DNA of 64,000 nt from positions 480,157 to 544,156 of the forward strand of contig CAWJOW010000004.1 in NCBI GenBank assembly GCA_963844595.1. The letters run 5' to 3'. The first letter of the stretch is position 1. Each line of letters starts with the position of its first letter. The position numbers were made by a program, and so were the translations under genes. The DNA comes from an uncultured Gammaproteobacteria bacterium (GTDB lineage: Bacteria > Pseudomonadota > Gammaproteobacteria > Steroidobacterales > Steroidobacteraceae). Under the pieces are notes generated by a model that saw nothing but the letters and a program-made list of their open reading frames with translations, had not been told where the DNA came from and made no database searches. Below, piece after piece: positions 31,227-41,469 of the stretch.

Positions 31227-31236
31227 CGGTTACGCA

Positions 31237-31881
31237 ATGAATCCATCCCCCGGCGAGCCGTCACCGTCGGGCGGCGCACGCAGGAAGCTTCTCGATGCCG
31301 CCGTATCGGTCATCCGCCAGCGAGGCTATGCGGCGACGTCGGTCGACGAGCTGTGTGCCACGGCCGGCGTAACCAAGGGTGCGTTCTTCCACCACTTCGC
31401 GACCAAGGATTCACTGGCCGTCGCGGCCGCGGGCTATTTCTCGGACATGAGCGACACGCTTTTCGCTGGCGCTTCCTACCACGGATTCGACGATCCGCTC
31501 GACCGCGTCCTCGGCTATGTCGACTTTCGCAAGGTACTGCTGCGCGGCGAAGTTGCGGAGTTCACCTGCCTGCACGGCACGATGATCCAGGAGGTGTACG
31601 GGACTCACCCTGACATTCGACGTGCGTGCGATGCGGGTTTCGACAGTCATGCCGCCAGACTCGAATCTGACATAGCCGCGGCGATGAAGCGCTATCGCAT
31701 CCGCGCGCGATGGACGGCCGAGAGCCTCGCGCTGCATATGCTGGCTGTTCTACAGGGCGCGTTCATCCTGGCGAAGGCAAAGGGCAGCGCCGCGGTCGCG
31801 GAAGCGAGCATCGAACACCTGCGTCGCTACATCGAATTGCTGTTCCGTCGTCCGAGGACCAGAGCTAGACGGAAGAACTGA
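31237..31881 (+). CDS. TetR/AcrR family transcriptional regulator
   Basis: The N-terminal HTH is RRKLLDAAVSVIRQRGYAATSVDELCATAGVTKGAFFHHFATKD. Confidence 0.85.
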   Translation: MNPSPGEPSPSGGARRKLLDAAVSVIRQRGYAATSVDELCATAGVTKGAFFHHFATKDSLAVAAAGYFSDMSDTLFAGASYHGFDDPLDRVLGYVDFRKVLLRGEVAEFTCLHGTMIQEVYGTHPDIRRACDAGFDSHAARLESDIAAAMKRYRIRARWTAESLALHMLAVLQGAFILAKAKGSAAVAEASIEHLRRYIELLFRRPRTRARRKN

Positions 31882-31926
31882 CTGTGCCGGACATCGCTCA
31901 CTTGTAGTGTTGGGAGAGAAATCGTC

Positions 31927-32400
31927 ATGAGCTCAATTTCGCGCCGGACGCTGCTCGAAGCAGGAGCCTGCGCGCTGGCGGCATCGGCGGGACTCCCGGC
32001 ACTTTCCAGTGCCGAGGCAGGCACAGGACTGAATCAGCGAAACGAAGAGATCATCCGGAAATACTATGCGTTGTGGTCGCAGCAAAATGACTGGCGCCCG
32101 GTCGACATGCTGCTGACGGATGACTTCACTTTTACGAGCCCGGTTGACGCCCGCATCAGCAAGAGCGCCTTCAAGACCGGCTGCTGGGACACACAGCATG
32201 CACTCATCGCAGGGCACGATCTGGAACGCGTTTTCGTAATTGGCGACCAGGCGTTTGTCAGATATGTGTGCCGGACTAAGAACGGCAAATCCTTCAGGAA
32301 CGTGGAGTATCTCCAACTGAAAGACAAAAAGATCGAGGCCATCGAATGTTATTTCGGCGGGTCCGGCTATCCGTCCGCGGCGAACAAGGTGCAGAAGTAA
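31927..32400 (+). CDS. Tat-signal SnoaL-like / NTF2-fold protein
   Basis: A twin-arginine motif SRRTLLEAGA...A is followed by NEEIIRKYYALW......D.LLTDDFTFTSP, typical of SnoaL-like polyketide-cyclase-fold domains. Local GC is lower. Confidence 0.6.
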   Translation: MSSISRRTLLEAGACALAASAGLPALSSAEAGTGLNQRNEEIIRKYYALWSQQNDWRPVDMLLTDDFTFTSPVDARISKSAFKTGCWDTQHALIAGHDLERVFVIGDQAFVRYVCRTKNGKSFRNVEYLQLKDKKIEAIECYFGGSGYPSAANKVQK

Positions 32401-32439
32401 GCGGCGTTAGTCGCCCCTTCCTTTTTACTAACCTGACGA

Positions 32440-33057
32440 ATGCGTACCGCACGCACTTTGACGAGTCTGAGGACCACGACCGCTGTATCTGAGGCCGGTC
32501 AGTCTCGTGCAGCCAGGGCAGCTCCGACCTTTGGCAAGGGGCGGCGCCCGAGGCCGCGTCAGGTGCAGTCTCAGGCGCAGGTCGCCTCATGGCCTCTCGA
32601 TCTGGACCGCGATGCTTCCCGGAATGAGGCAGACGTTCTCGGTGACGTGAAACGGAATCTGCTTGTCGCCGAGCGCGGTCGCCGGCTCTACCTGCTCAAG
32701 CCGGAAAAAATAGACTATGTCGAGGCACATGGGAACTACGTGAAGCTCGGCGTGGCCGGCAACGAGTACATCAAGCGCGATACGATCAAACGCCTGTCGA
32801 TCACCCTGGCGGGCAGCGGTTTTTTCCGCATAGCGCGCTCGGTCTTGATCAACATCGCGGCTGTGCTTTACGTCGAGCGCGTCGGCCAGGGTGTCTTTGC
32901 GTTTACCCTGACTTCCGGGGGCTGCATGCGATCCGGCGCACGCTACCGGAAGGACATACTTCAGGTGTTGCCGCTGACAAAAGTGTCGCCTCGATCCTCG
33001 AGATCCACCGAACGAGTTGTCCCGCAGACTGCGGCGCAACTGCACGGGGATGGCTGA
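32440..33057 (+). CDS. LytTR DNA-binding domain protein lacking a recognisable receiver domain (possibly truncated or degenerate)
   Basis: The C-terminal two-thirds, L.PEKIDYVEAHGNYVKL......YIKRDTIKRLSITLAGSGFFRIARSVLINI..V, is a LytTR domain. The N-terminal 70 aa are low-complexity Arg/Ala/Thr. An in-frame GTG at 32647 is an alternative start. Confidence 0.5.
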   Translation: MRTARTLTSLRTTTAVSEAGQSRAARAAPTFGKGRRPRPRQVQSQAQVASWPLDLDRDASRNEADVLGDVKRNLLVAERGRRLYLLKPEKIDYVEAHGNYVKLGVAGNEYIKRDTIKRLSITLAGSGFFRIARSVLINIAAVLYVERVGQGVFAFTLTSGGCMRSGARYRKDILQVLPLTKVSPRSSRSTERVVPQTAAQLHGDG

Positions 33058-33524
33058 GCGTTCGAACAGATTTTGCGGCTCCCTTCTGACCGAGTTCAGG
33101 TGACGGCTCTCACCGGAGACTGTCTCCGGTGTAGATAGGACCTCGCACGGTCCAACAGCAAAGACCTTGCGGCAGCAGCGCTGCCGCAGCGCACCTGTTT
33201 TCGTCCGTTGTTCGAATGACACGCAGCACACCCGTGTGCAGCGCGCGTCGCCGTTTTGTGCGTCCGTCGTGCGGTGTCGCGAGGGTCATGCGCCGTTATC
33301 TGGTGGTCACCGTAACTCTCAATTTCCCACCAGCAATGAGGTTCGTTGTGACGATGACTAACGCTCGTCACAGCTGGGAATGTCACGGTCACATTCCCGC
33401 CACACCCCGATGCGTTGTCCTTATCCTTTTATGCAGGTGATGCAGTTCGCGAACGTCGGTCTGCCGGGACTTCGGAGCTGACCGCGGGTCGTGTGGCGAA
33501 GCTACAACGCAGGGGGATGCATCG

Positions 33525-36500
33525 ATGGCGAACAGACGCAGCTTGCAACAGGCGGTGCGCTTCGCGCTCGCGGCCGTGACGGCCGCAGCCGGGGTCTCCA
33601 CGGTTCATGGCCAGGAAGCAACGGCACAGGCGCAGGCGCAAGAGAACCAGCCTGCCGCCGCTCCGCTGCAGGAGGTGGTGGTCACCGGATCACGCCTGTT
33701 GAACCCGAACGCGACCTCGATCAGCCCGATCACGACGATCTCGGCGGTCGACGTGCAGACCACGGGTCTGACGCGCGTTGAGGACATTCTCAACAACCTG
33801 CCGATGGTCTTCGCCGGCATGAACTCGACCACCTCCAACGGTGCCGACGGCACCGCGACGGTCGACCTGCGCGGCCTCGGCAACCAGCGCACGCTCACCC
33901 TCGTTAACGGCCTGCGCTTAGGTCCCGGCTCGGGAGTGGGTGGCCGCAACTACTCGGACATCAACCAGATCCCGACCGCCCTCATCGAGCGCGTCGACAT
34001 CCTCACCGGCGGCGCTTCTTCCGTGTACGGCGCGGACGCGGTAGCCGGTGTCGTGAACTTCATCCTCAAGACACATTTCGAAGGCATCGAGGTCGACGCC
34101 GGTTATCACTTCAACGAGCACAACCAGAACAATCCCGACGGCGTGCAGCAGATTGTGAGTGACTCGGGCTTTCCGCTGCCGTCCAGCACCGTCGACACCG
34201 CCTTCGGCAAGAGCGCCTCGATCATCGCGGGCTCGAACTTCAACGACAACAAGGGCAACGTTACCAGCTACATCACCTACGACAACCAGGGCGCAGCGCT
34301 GCAGAGCAAGTACGACTACAGCGCCTGCTCACTCACCGCGGCCACCGCCTCGACTCTCACCTGCGGCGGCTCGGGCACGTCCGCCAAGAACGGCGCGGGC
34401 GGTGAGTTCCTCGGCTACTCCGCCAAGGGCGTGAAGTTCCTCGACAACACCGTCGACGGGACGAACAACGTGTTCCGCCCCTTCACTGCCAGCGACCTCT
34501 ACAACTACGGGCCGCTGAACTACTACCAGACGCCGAACGAGCGCTGGACGGCGGGCACGTTCCTCAACTACGACGTCAACTCGCACGTGACGTTCTACAG
34601 CCAATTCATGTTCATGCGGAACACGAGCACTGCGCAGGTCGCGCCGAGCGGCTCCTTCGGGCAGCCGGCGTTCATCGCGTGCGCCGATCCGCTGCTGAAC
34701 ACGTCCGAGAAGGCGGCGGTCTGCAGCGGGGCGAACCAGGCGCTGCAGGGCAATCCGACCGAGAATTTCAACGGGGTGAACTACCCGGGCCTCAACCTCT
34801 ACGTCCTGCGGCGCAACGTCGAGGGAGGCAACCGCATTGAGGACTTCATCACCGATTCGGCGCGCGAAGTGGCCGGCATCAAGGGCAGCATCAACGACGA
34901 GTGGACCTTCGACGTCTCCGCCCTGCACAGCACGGTGGACACGCAGGTACAGAACGTCAACTACCTGGCCAATGCGAACATCCAGCAGGCGCTGAACGTG
35001 TTGCCGAGCGCGACCGGCCCCGTGTGCGGCGGTCCGAACAACCCGCTCGGCGTCGGCCCGCTGGTCACGCCGGGAACAGCGTTCTCGCCGAACTCGGCTT
35101 GCGTGCCGTACAACATCTGGAAATCCGGCGGCGTCACGCCGGAGGCTCTCGCCTACCTCTCGATCCCGGTACAGGCGCAGGCGACGGTCAGCGAGTACGA
35201 CACCACCGGATCGATCACGGGCGATCTCGGCAAGTACGGCTTGAAGAGCCCGATGGCCGACGACGGCCTGCAGCTGAACATCGGTGCCGAGTGGCGCGAG
35301 GACAGCACTGTCTACGCGCCGGACTACGTCTCGCAGCAGGGTCTCGCCGCGGGTGGCGGCGGTGCGACGGCAGCGGTTCAAGGCGCGTTCACGGTGAGCG
35401 AGCTCTTCACCGAGGTGCGCCTGCCGCTTGCACAACACCAGCCGTTCGCGGAAGACCTGTCGATCGAGAGCGGGTATCGATACTCGAAGTACAGCGAGGG
35501 GTTCAGCACCAACACGTACAAGATCGGGCTCGAGTGGGCGCCGACGCAGGACGCCCGCGTGCGCGGCAGCTTCAACCGTGCGGTGCGCGCGCCCAACATC
35601 GGCGAGCTGTACACCCCGACGACCGTGGCCCTGGACGGCTCGGTCGATCCGTGCGCGGCTGGGCTGGCTGCGGGTTCGACCACCGTGCTCACCAACGGTA
35701 CGACACTCGCGCAGTGCGAGCGTTCCGGGGTGTCACAGGCCGAATTCGGCCACATCAGCCCGAACCCGGCCAACCAGTACAACGGCCTGGCCGGCGGCAA
35801 TCCGAATCTGGTGCCCGAGATCGCCAATACCTACACGTTCGGCCTCGTGCTGACGCCCCGGGTCGTGCCGAACCTGCAGCTGTCATTCGACTACTTTCAT
35901 ATCGACATCAAGAACGTGATCGCCAATCTCGGCGGCAACACCATCCTGCTCGAATGTCTGGCCACGGGTGCGTTGTGCGACGACGTGCACCGTGACCCCA
36001 ACAACGGCTCGCTGTGGCTCTCGACCCTCGGCTACGTGACCGACACCGAGGTGAACGAGGGTGAGCTCGAGACCCAGGGCGTGGACGTCAAGGGCAGCTA
36101 TCGCGTGCCCCTGTCCTCGCTCGGCTCGGTGCTGATCGGGCTCGAAGGCACGTACCTGAAGGACCTGGTGACGACCCCGGTACCGGGCGGCGTGCTCGGC
36201 TCCTACGACTGCACGGGGTTCTTCGGTGCCACCTGCGGCGGCGGCAACCCGACCTGGCGTCACGTGATGAACATCACCTGGTCGACCCCGTGGGACGGAC
36301 TCGACATCAACCTGCGCTGGCGGTACTTCGGTTCGGACAGATCCGAGCAGCTGAGCCCGAGCCCCTTCCTCCAGGGATCGCCGTTCCTGCCGCTCTCGCA
36401 CATCTCGGCCTACAACTACTTCGACCTGACCACGACCTTCAACCTCTACAAGAACGTGAGACTCGAGCTCGGCGTCAACAACATCATGGACAAGGACCCA

Positions 36501-36638
36501 CCGCTCGCGGAGGGGGGCGACTGCACGACCGGCAGTGGCGGGGACAACGCCGGTGCGAACTGCAACGGCAACACTTTCCCGGGCGTCTACGACTCGCTCG
36601 GCCGCTATCTGTTCGCGCACATCTCGGCGCAGTTCTAG
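33525..36638 (+). CDS. TonB-dependent outer-membrane receptor (large, about 1037 aa)
   Basis: A signal peptide is followed by a plug (LQEVVVTGSRL...; VDLRGLG..RTL.L.NG.R), a long beta-barrel and the terminal aromatic residue (...HISAQF). Confidence 0.9.
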   Translation: MANRRSLQQAVRFALAAVTAAAGVSTVHGQEATAQAQAQENQPAAAPLQEVVVTGSRLLNPNATSISPITTISAVDVQTTGLTRVEDILNNLPMVFAGMNSTTSNGADGTATVDLRGLGNQRTLTLVNGLRLGPGSGVGGRNYSDINQIPTALIERVDILTGGASSVYGADAVAGVVNFILKTHFEGIEVDAGYHFNEHNQNNPDGVQQIVSDSGFPLPSSTVDTAFGKSASIIAGSNFNDNKGNVTSYITYDNQGAALQSKYDYSACSLTAATASTLTCGGSGTSAKNGAGGEFLGYSAKGVKFLDNTVDGTNNVFRPFTASDLYNYGPLNYYQTPNERWTAGTFLNYDVNSHVTFYSQFMFMRNTSTAQVAPSGSFGQPAFIACADPLLNTSEKAAVCSGANQALQGNPTENFNGVNYPGLNLYVLRRNVEGGNRIEDFITDSAREVAGIKGSINDEWTFDVSALHSTVDTQVQNVNYLANANIQQALNVLPSATGPVCGGPNNPLGVGPLVTPGTAFSPNSACVPYNIWKSGGVTPEALAYLSIPVQAQATVSEYDTTGSITGDLGKYGLKSPMADDGLQLNIGAEWREDSTVYAPDYVSQQGLAAGGGGATAAVQGAFTVSELFTEVRLPLAQHQPFAEDLSIESGYRYSKYSEGFSTNTYKIGLEWAPTQDARVRGSFNRAVRAPNIGELYTPTTVALDGSVDPCAAGLAAGSTTVLTNGTTLAQCERSGVSQAEFGHISPNPANQYNGLAGGNPNLVPEIANTYTFGLVLTPRVVPNLQLSFDYFHIDIKNVIANLGGNTILLECLATGALCDDVHRDPNNGSLWLSTLGYVTDTEVNEGELETQGVDVKGSYRVPLSSLGSVLIGLEGTYLKDLVTTPVPGGVLGSYDCTGFFGATCGGGNPTWRHVMNITWSTPWDGLDINLRWRYFGSDRSEQLSPSPFLQGSPFLPLSHISAYNYFDLTTTFNLYKNVRLELGVNNIMDKDPPLAEGGDCTTGSGGDNAGANCNGNTFPGVYDSLGRYLFAHISAQF

Positions 36639-36668
36639 CCGTCAACTCGAGCCCGTCAGCGAGCGCCG

Positions 36669-37601
36669 GTGTCGACTCTACTCAAGGAACGGAGCCGTAC
36701 CCTGCCGGACGCGCCGGAAACCGGGGCTTGCCTGCAAGCCCCGTTCTCCGGTCGCTACATCAATCTGGACGCGAGCACCCAGCGCCGCGCGCGACTCGAG
36801 CAGCAGCTGCACGCGCTCGGCCTCGCACATGCCTACGCCCGCTTTGCCGCAGTCGACGGCATGCGCATGAGCGGCGCTCCCGGAGCGATCTCGCGCCGCG
36901 AACACGGATGTTTCGCCTCCCATGCGCGGTTGGTCCGGGAAGCCTGCTCCGGGTCGGCGCATCTCCATGTGCTGGAGGACGACGCGCTGCTGTCACCGGA
37001 GTTCCTGCCCGTGATGCGCGGTGCCATCGACGAGGGCGTGCTCGATGAGTTCGATCTCCTGTTCACGGACGTTTTCGTCCCCTGGGATCCACTGCAGATC
37101 GCCTCGTTGGAATGGGCACGACGCAGACATATCTGCGTAGATCCGGACAGTGGCCGCGAATCGCTCACCGGCGCGAGTATCTTCAACCTGCACGGCAAGC
37201 GTCTGGCGTGCACCAGCTCGTATTTCGTTGCACGTCGATCACTCGACCGCGTGGCCGGATTGCTCGAGAGCGCACTCGCTGCAGGACCCGCGGAACCGGT
37301 CGACCTGACACTGCGCGAGCTCGTGGATAAGGGCACGCTGAAGGCCGCCTGCATTGTCCCCTTCGTCACCTCGGTGGCGCTCGAGGAGGCGACCGGATCA
37401 ACCATTCACGGCGAGTTGCTCGGACCGGAACTGTCTCGCCTGGCCTGCAGCGTCGTTCGACACGCCTACTTTGTGCGCCCTGACTGGGGAGCGATCGAGA
37501 GCGTCCTGGAAAGATACTTTCCGCCGCAGGAACGCACGCCGCGGCAGAGGGTCGTGGACCGGATGATGCAGTTCCTGATCGGCAATGCGCGGCCCTTCTA
37601 G
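36669..37601 (+). CDS. glycosyltransferase family 25-like protein
   Basis: YINLDASTQRRARLEQQLHALGL...RF.AVDG...........ISRREHGCFASH..L.......HLHVLEDDA matches the GT25 (LPS beta-1,4-galactosyltransferase-like) N-terminal pattern. The start is GTG. Confidence 0.55.
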   Translation: MSTLLKERSRTLPDAPETGACLQAPFSGRYINLDASTQRRARLEQQLHALGLAHAYARFAAVDGMRMSGAPGAISRREHGCFASHARLVREACSGSAHLHVLEDDALLSPEFLPVMRGAIDEGVLDEFDLLFTDVFVPWDPLQIASLEWARRRHICVDPDSGRESLTGASIFNLHGKRLACTSSYFVARRSLDRVAGLLESALAAGPAEPVDLTLRELVDKGTLKAACIVPFVTSVALEEATGSTIHGELLGPELSRLACSVVRHAYFVRPDWGAIESVLERYFPPQERTPRQRVVDRMMQFLIGNARPF

Positions 37602-37613
37602 CCGATTGTCGAT

Positions 37614-38645
37614 ATGAACCTGGCTGACCGAATAGCGCAATATCGCACGGTCCTCAAGGTTCGCGATCCCGCGACCCGTGGTGAGATCGCCTTGAGCGGC
37701 GCCGCAGATTGCGCCGCCCGGGTCGTCGGCTGCCCGCAGCGCTTCGTGCTCAGCGACGATCTTACGAGGCTATGCGCCGAGCTGGCCTACTCGAGGGGCG
37801 CGCGCGAGCTGGCCTGTGCCGACCTGCTGCACGTGCCGGCCGAGCGCTTGTGGGTAGAGTGGTGCAACGCTCCCTGGGAGAGCGCCCTGCAGCAGTATGG
37901 GCTCCCGACGGACGCCTCACAGTCTCTCGGGCGCCGCGGGGCATTCATCCAGGCATCAGCGGACGGGCGCCGCGGAGCCGTACGCACGTTCTGGACCTTC
38001 GGGGAGCAGGAGGTGCTCGCGAGCAGCATGGAGGCGTACTTTGACTTCGACACGCCGGAAGGCGAAGAACCCGCGGCACCCGACGGCCACGCGGGGAGCG
38101 GATTTCGTGTCTACGACGCAATGCGCCAGAGGCAGGACATCCTGGGCAGGTGTGTGCGCTTCCGCTACGAGCGCACATGGGCCGAGTACTACCGGGCCGC
38201 TATCCTGACCCCCACGGAGAGTCAGGCGCTCATGCATCACGTGTTGGGCACCGTTGCGCTGGACCTGCCCCTGCTGCTTGCGTTCCTGCTGCTGCTGGGT
38301 TCCCGCGCCAGCCTGCCACGAGAGGTGCAGACGCTCGAGCAGCTGAACCGGGCACGTCGAAAGCGCGGCAGGGCCCCGTTGCTCGATTACATCAAGGTTC
38401 ACGCCCCCATCGTGGCGGGATACGCGCCGGGCGACCGCCCGGATTCTCCGGGCGCCAGGCGCGGCCCGCGCCTGCATCATGTCCGCGGACATCTCGTGCG
38501 CCGCGGCAGTCAGCTGTTCTGGCGGGTTCCGCACCTGCGCGGCAGCGCTCGCCTCGGCGCCGTGCGGGCCCGTACGGTCACCTGGACCTTCGACGGCCCC
38601 GTTGGCAGCAGACATCCTCAATTAAGGCCGCAGATCGGCGCCTGA
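37614..38645 (+). CDS. hypothetical protein (343 aa), no family recognised
   Basis: It starts with ATG 13 nt after the GT25 stop. It has a central hydrophobic segment (VALDLPLLLAFLLLLG) and a highly basic C-terminal region with HHVRGHLVRRGSQLFWRVPHLRG. Confidence 0.5.
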   Translation: MNLADRIAQYRTVLKVRDPATRGEIALSGAADCAARVVGCPQRFVLSDDLTRLCAELAYSRGARELACADLLHVPAERLWVEWCNAPWESALQQYGLPTDASQSLGRRGAFIQASADGRRGAVRTFWTFGEQEVLASSMEAYFDFDTPEGEEPAAPDGHAGSGFRVYDAMRQRQDILGRCVRFRYERTWAEYYRAAILTPTESQALMHHVLGTVALDLPLLLAFLLLLGSRASLPREVQTLEQLNRARRKRGRAPLLDYIKVHAPIVAGYAPGDRPDSPGARRGPRLHHVRGHLVRRGSQLFWRVPHLRGSARLGAVRARTVTWTFDGPVGSRHPQLRPQIGA

Positions 38646-38717
38646 TCGTCAGCCACGTCGATTTCGGGCACCCTCGTTCGTCGGGTGAATAGCTCGAGCT
38701 CGAGCCTGGAGGCCCAC

Positions 38718-39440
38718 ATGAGAAGGTTGCGACCCCTATGGGTTCTTTTGCTGCTCGCTTTGCCTGGGCTGGCTGACGCCCAGGAGAATAAGCCCACGCC
38801 GTACCCGGCGATGGCGCCTCTCGAGCAATACCTGAGCGCCGATGCGCAGGCTGAGATCGCGCTGGCGCGCAGCGCAGCGCCGGCGTCGATATCCGGGAAT
38901 GCCGAAGTGCTCGTGCTCGGTAGGCACGGCTATCAAACCGCGGTCAGGGGAACGAATGGTTTCGTGTGTTTCGTCGAGCGTTCCTGGACCGCCGGTTTCG
39001 ACGATGATGACAATTTCTGGAATCCGAAGATCCGCGCACCCAACTGCTTCAACCCGCCCGCTGTCGGCAGCGTGCTGCCGCAGTACTTGAAGCGTACCGA
39101 GTGGGTGTTGGCCGGCATCGGCAAGGCGCAGATGATCGAAAAGGCACGCGCCGCCACGGCGAGCCACAGCTTCACCGCCCCGGAGGCAGGCTCGTTCTCT
39201 TTCATGCTGTCGAAGGAGGGCTATCTGGGCGACCAGCCCGCCGGCCCCTGGCTACCGCACGTGATGTTCTTTGTGCCGCACGGGCAGGCCGCGGCCTGGG
39301 GCGCGGGATTCAAGGCCTCGCCCGTCATCGGCGCCGACGGCCTGCCGTTCGAGCCGACCGTGCTCTTCATCCCGGTGCCCCGCTGGTCGGACGGCTCGCC
39401 CGCTCCGTCGCCGGCAGCCGGGCACCGGCATAGCACGTAA
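38718..39440 (+). CDS. hypothetical secreted protein
   Basis: The signal peptide is MRRLRPLWVLLLLALPGLADA, and a GGAGG RBS lies at 38708-38712. No family was recognised. Confidence 0.55.
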   Translation: MRRLRPLWVLLLLALPGLADAQENKPTPYPAMAPLEQYLSADAQAEIALARSAAPASISGNAEVLVLGRHGYQTAVRGTNGFVCFVERSWTAGFDDDDNFWNPKIRAPNCFNPPAVGSVLPQYLKRTEWVLAGIGKAQMIEKARAATASHSFTAPEAGSFSFMLSKEGYLGDQPAGPWLPHVMFFVPHGQAAAWGAGFKASPVIGADGLPFEPTVLFIPVPRWSDGSPAPSPAAGHRHST

Positions 39441-39452
39441 GCGCCATCCCCT

Positions 39453-41318
39453 TTACGGTGCGATGCCGTAGGAGCGCGCGCGTGCGGCGATGCGAGGGTC
39501 AAGAGCGTTCGCGGCTGCGATGTCGGCCTGGCCCGGACCGGTCAGGCCCTTGTGCAATCGCGCCAGTCCCCGACCGTACAAGGACCAGGCGGCTTTGGGC
39601 TGGCTGCGCAGCGCCGCGTCGTAGTCCGCGATCGCCTTGTCGTAGTTGCCCTGCCGCAGATACACGAGGCCGCGGCTGTCGAGGAAGGCTGGGGTGTCGG
39701 GTCTCCTCCTCAGGGCGGCGTTGCAGTCTGAAAGCGCCAGGTCGAGTGACTCTCCGCTCAGCGCCCGAGCCCAGCAGCGTCCATTGAGTACCGCGGGTGT
39801 ACTCATGTCGTCGGGCGGATGCGAATCGATCCACTTTGAGTATTGAACGACCGCGGCAGCTGCCTGTCCCACGGAACCGTAAAGCTCGCCAATCCGGATA
39901 TGCTGCTGGGCTTCATTCGGCAGCGCGCGATCCGCAGCGTCGAGGTCCGCCACAATCAGGTCGGCGGCATCGTGGCGTCCCGCGCGCAGGGTGGCGCGCG
40001 CGATCAAAGCGTCGGCGTCGTCAGGCTTGAGCTTGATCGCCTGATCGAAGTCGGCGAGCGCCAGGTCCGCCTGCCTGTTGTGCCAGTACGCCATGCCGCG
40101 CTCGTAGAAATTTTGCGGGTCGGTGGGTGCCAACTGGCAGGCCCGCGTGAGATCGGCGATCGCACTCTGATAGTCGTGCCGCGCTGTCGAGGCCGTGCCG
40201 CGTCTGGCATAGCCGGCCGCATCGGTGGGCTGATCGAGCCGGGCGTTCGTGTCGGGCGGCGCAGGTTCCGCTGGCGGTGACGCCTCGGGCTCTCCTCCTG
40301 CGGGGGTGGTGCCCTGGTCGCTGGCAGCGGCCGGCTGAGATGGTGCACTCCTGGCCGTGAGATCGAACACCGGGCCGCCGTTGTACGTGAAGTAGAGCCT
40401 CTTCTGGCTAGTGGCAACGTAGATGCGGTGCGAGAGGAAGAAGTCGGCGCCGATCAGCATGTCCGCTTGTGCCAGGTCAACATCGCCGAATCTGAGCTGC
40501 GCGTTCTGGATCTCCTCATCGCCGATCTTGAAGCTGTTGAAGCGGGCGATCCAGCTTCCTGTTGTCCCGTGTCCCAGGCCCCACACCGACCCGCCCGGCT
40601 TGACGCCAGCGCTCTCGGGCGTCACGCCGGCCTCTTTTGCGGCGTGGAGCGTCAGCAGCGACGTCGGCGAGCCGGTGTCGAACAGCACAATGATCTTCTT
40701 CCCGTTGAGATAGGCGACCGATCGGGTGTGGGGCCGCCAGGCGGTGGCGAACTCGATGTCGATCGCCGAGTACGGCTTGTGTGCGGCGGCAGCCCAATAC
40801 GCGAGAGGTATGTCTTTACCACAGTCCTTGGGTGTCACCAGGCGGATGACCCCATTCGCAAGGTCGTATTCGACATCCGCGACGCGGAATACGTTCTGAC
40901 CGATGAGACCCGCGGCATCCCCGAAGGCGCTGCCGGCGACGACGAATTCAACATTCTTGAACGGCACACCGAAGAGCGTAAAGGTCCTCGCCCGAGCCAG
41001 TTCGCCGCGCTCGATGCCTCCGACTCCCTGTACGGCGATTTGACCGTGATAGCTCGGATCCACCACCAGACCGTACTCCGCGACAACCGCTGGCGTGATG
41101 ACGCTGAAAAACGAGCCACTGTCCGCGAGGAACAGGGCATCGCGACCGTTGATCTGCGCGTGCACCATCGGCCTGAGGCCGCTCATCGTGACCGGGATGT
41201 CCGGCCAGCGCTTGATGCTGCATTGCCCGGCCGCGGCGGAGGAGGTTGCGAGCATCAGCAGGGCGAGAAGGCCAGGCACCGCCGTCGCGTATCCTGCCGG
41301 GCCGCCTTTGGCTGACAC
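39453..41318 (-). CDS. secreted tandem retropepsin-like aspartic protease fused to C-terminal TPR repeats
   Basis: There are two retropepsin-like modules with catalytic-type motifs ([12 protein letters not shown] and [12 protein letters not shown]; each followed by (L/M)IG(Q/A)(N/D)(V/F)F(R/L) flap/closing motifs). A Pro/Ala linker follows, then at least 6 TPR-like repeats (YERGMAYW..., ALIARATLR..., [11 protein letters not shown]). The start was set at the GTG at 41318 to give a signal peptide and avoid overlap with tsaD, and is uncertain. Confidence 0.6.
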   Translation of the reverse strand: MSAKGGPAGYATAVPGLLALLMLATSSAAAGQCSIKRWPDIPVTMSGLRPMVHAQINGRDALFLADSGSFFSVITPAVVAEYGLVVDPSYHGQIAVQGVGGIERGELARARTFTLFGVPFKNVEFVVAGSAFGDAAGLIGQNVFRVADVEYDLANGVIRLVTPKDCGKDIPLAYWAAAAHKPYSAIDIEFATAWRPHTRSVAYLNGKKIIVLFDTGSPTSLLTLHAAKEAGVTPESAGVKPGGSVWGLGHGTTGSWIARFNSFKIGDEEIQNAQLRFGDVDLAQADMLIGADFFLSHRIYVATSQKRLYFTYNGGPVFDLTARSAPSQPAAASDQGTTPAGGEPEASPPAEPAPPDTNARLDQPTDAAGYARRGTASTARHDYQSAIADLTRACQLAPTDPQNFYERGMAYWHNRQADLALADFDQAIKLKPDDADALIARATLRAGRHDAADLIVADLDAADRALPNEAQQHIRIGELYGSVGQAAAAVVQYSKWIDSHPPDDMSTPAVLNGRCWARALSGESLDLALSDCNAALRRRPDTPAFLDSRGLVYLRQGNYDKAIADYDAALRSQPKAAWSLYGRGLARLHKGLTGPGQADIAAANALDPRIAARARSYGIAP

Positions 41319-41469
41319 GGACTTGCCGCGAGCGTTACGGTCAGGGTTGTCGACCTCGCTCAAGTGCCCCCGAGGATGCCGTTTGGGGTTGCGACTATAC
41401 CTCTCGCCGGGGAGACGTCGGTATCTGCGGCGACCGCCTGCCGTCGACTGCGTTAGAGTCTCCGCTGCA

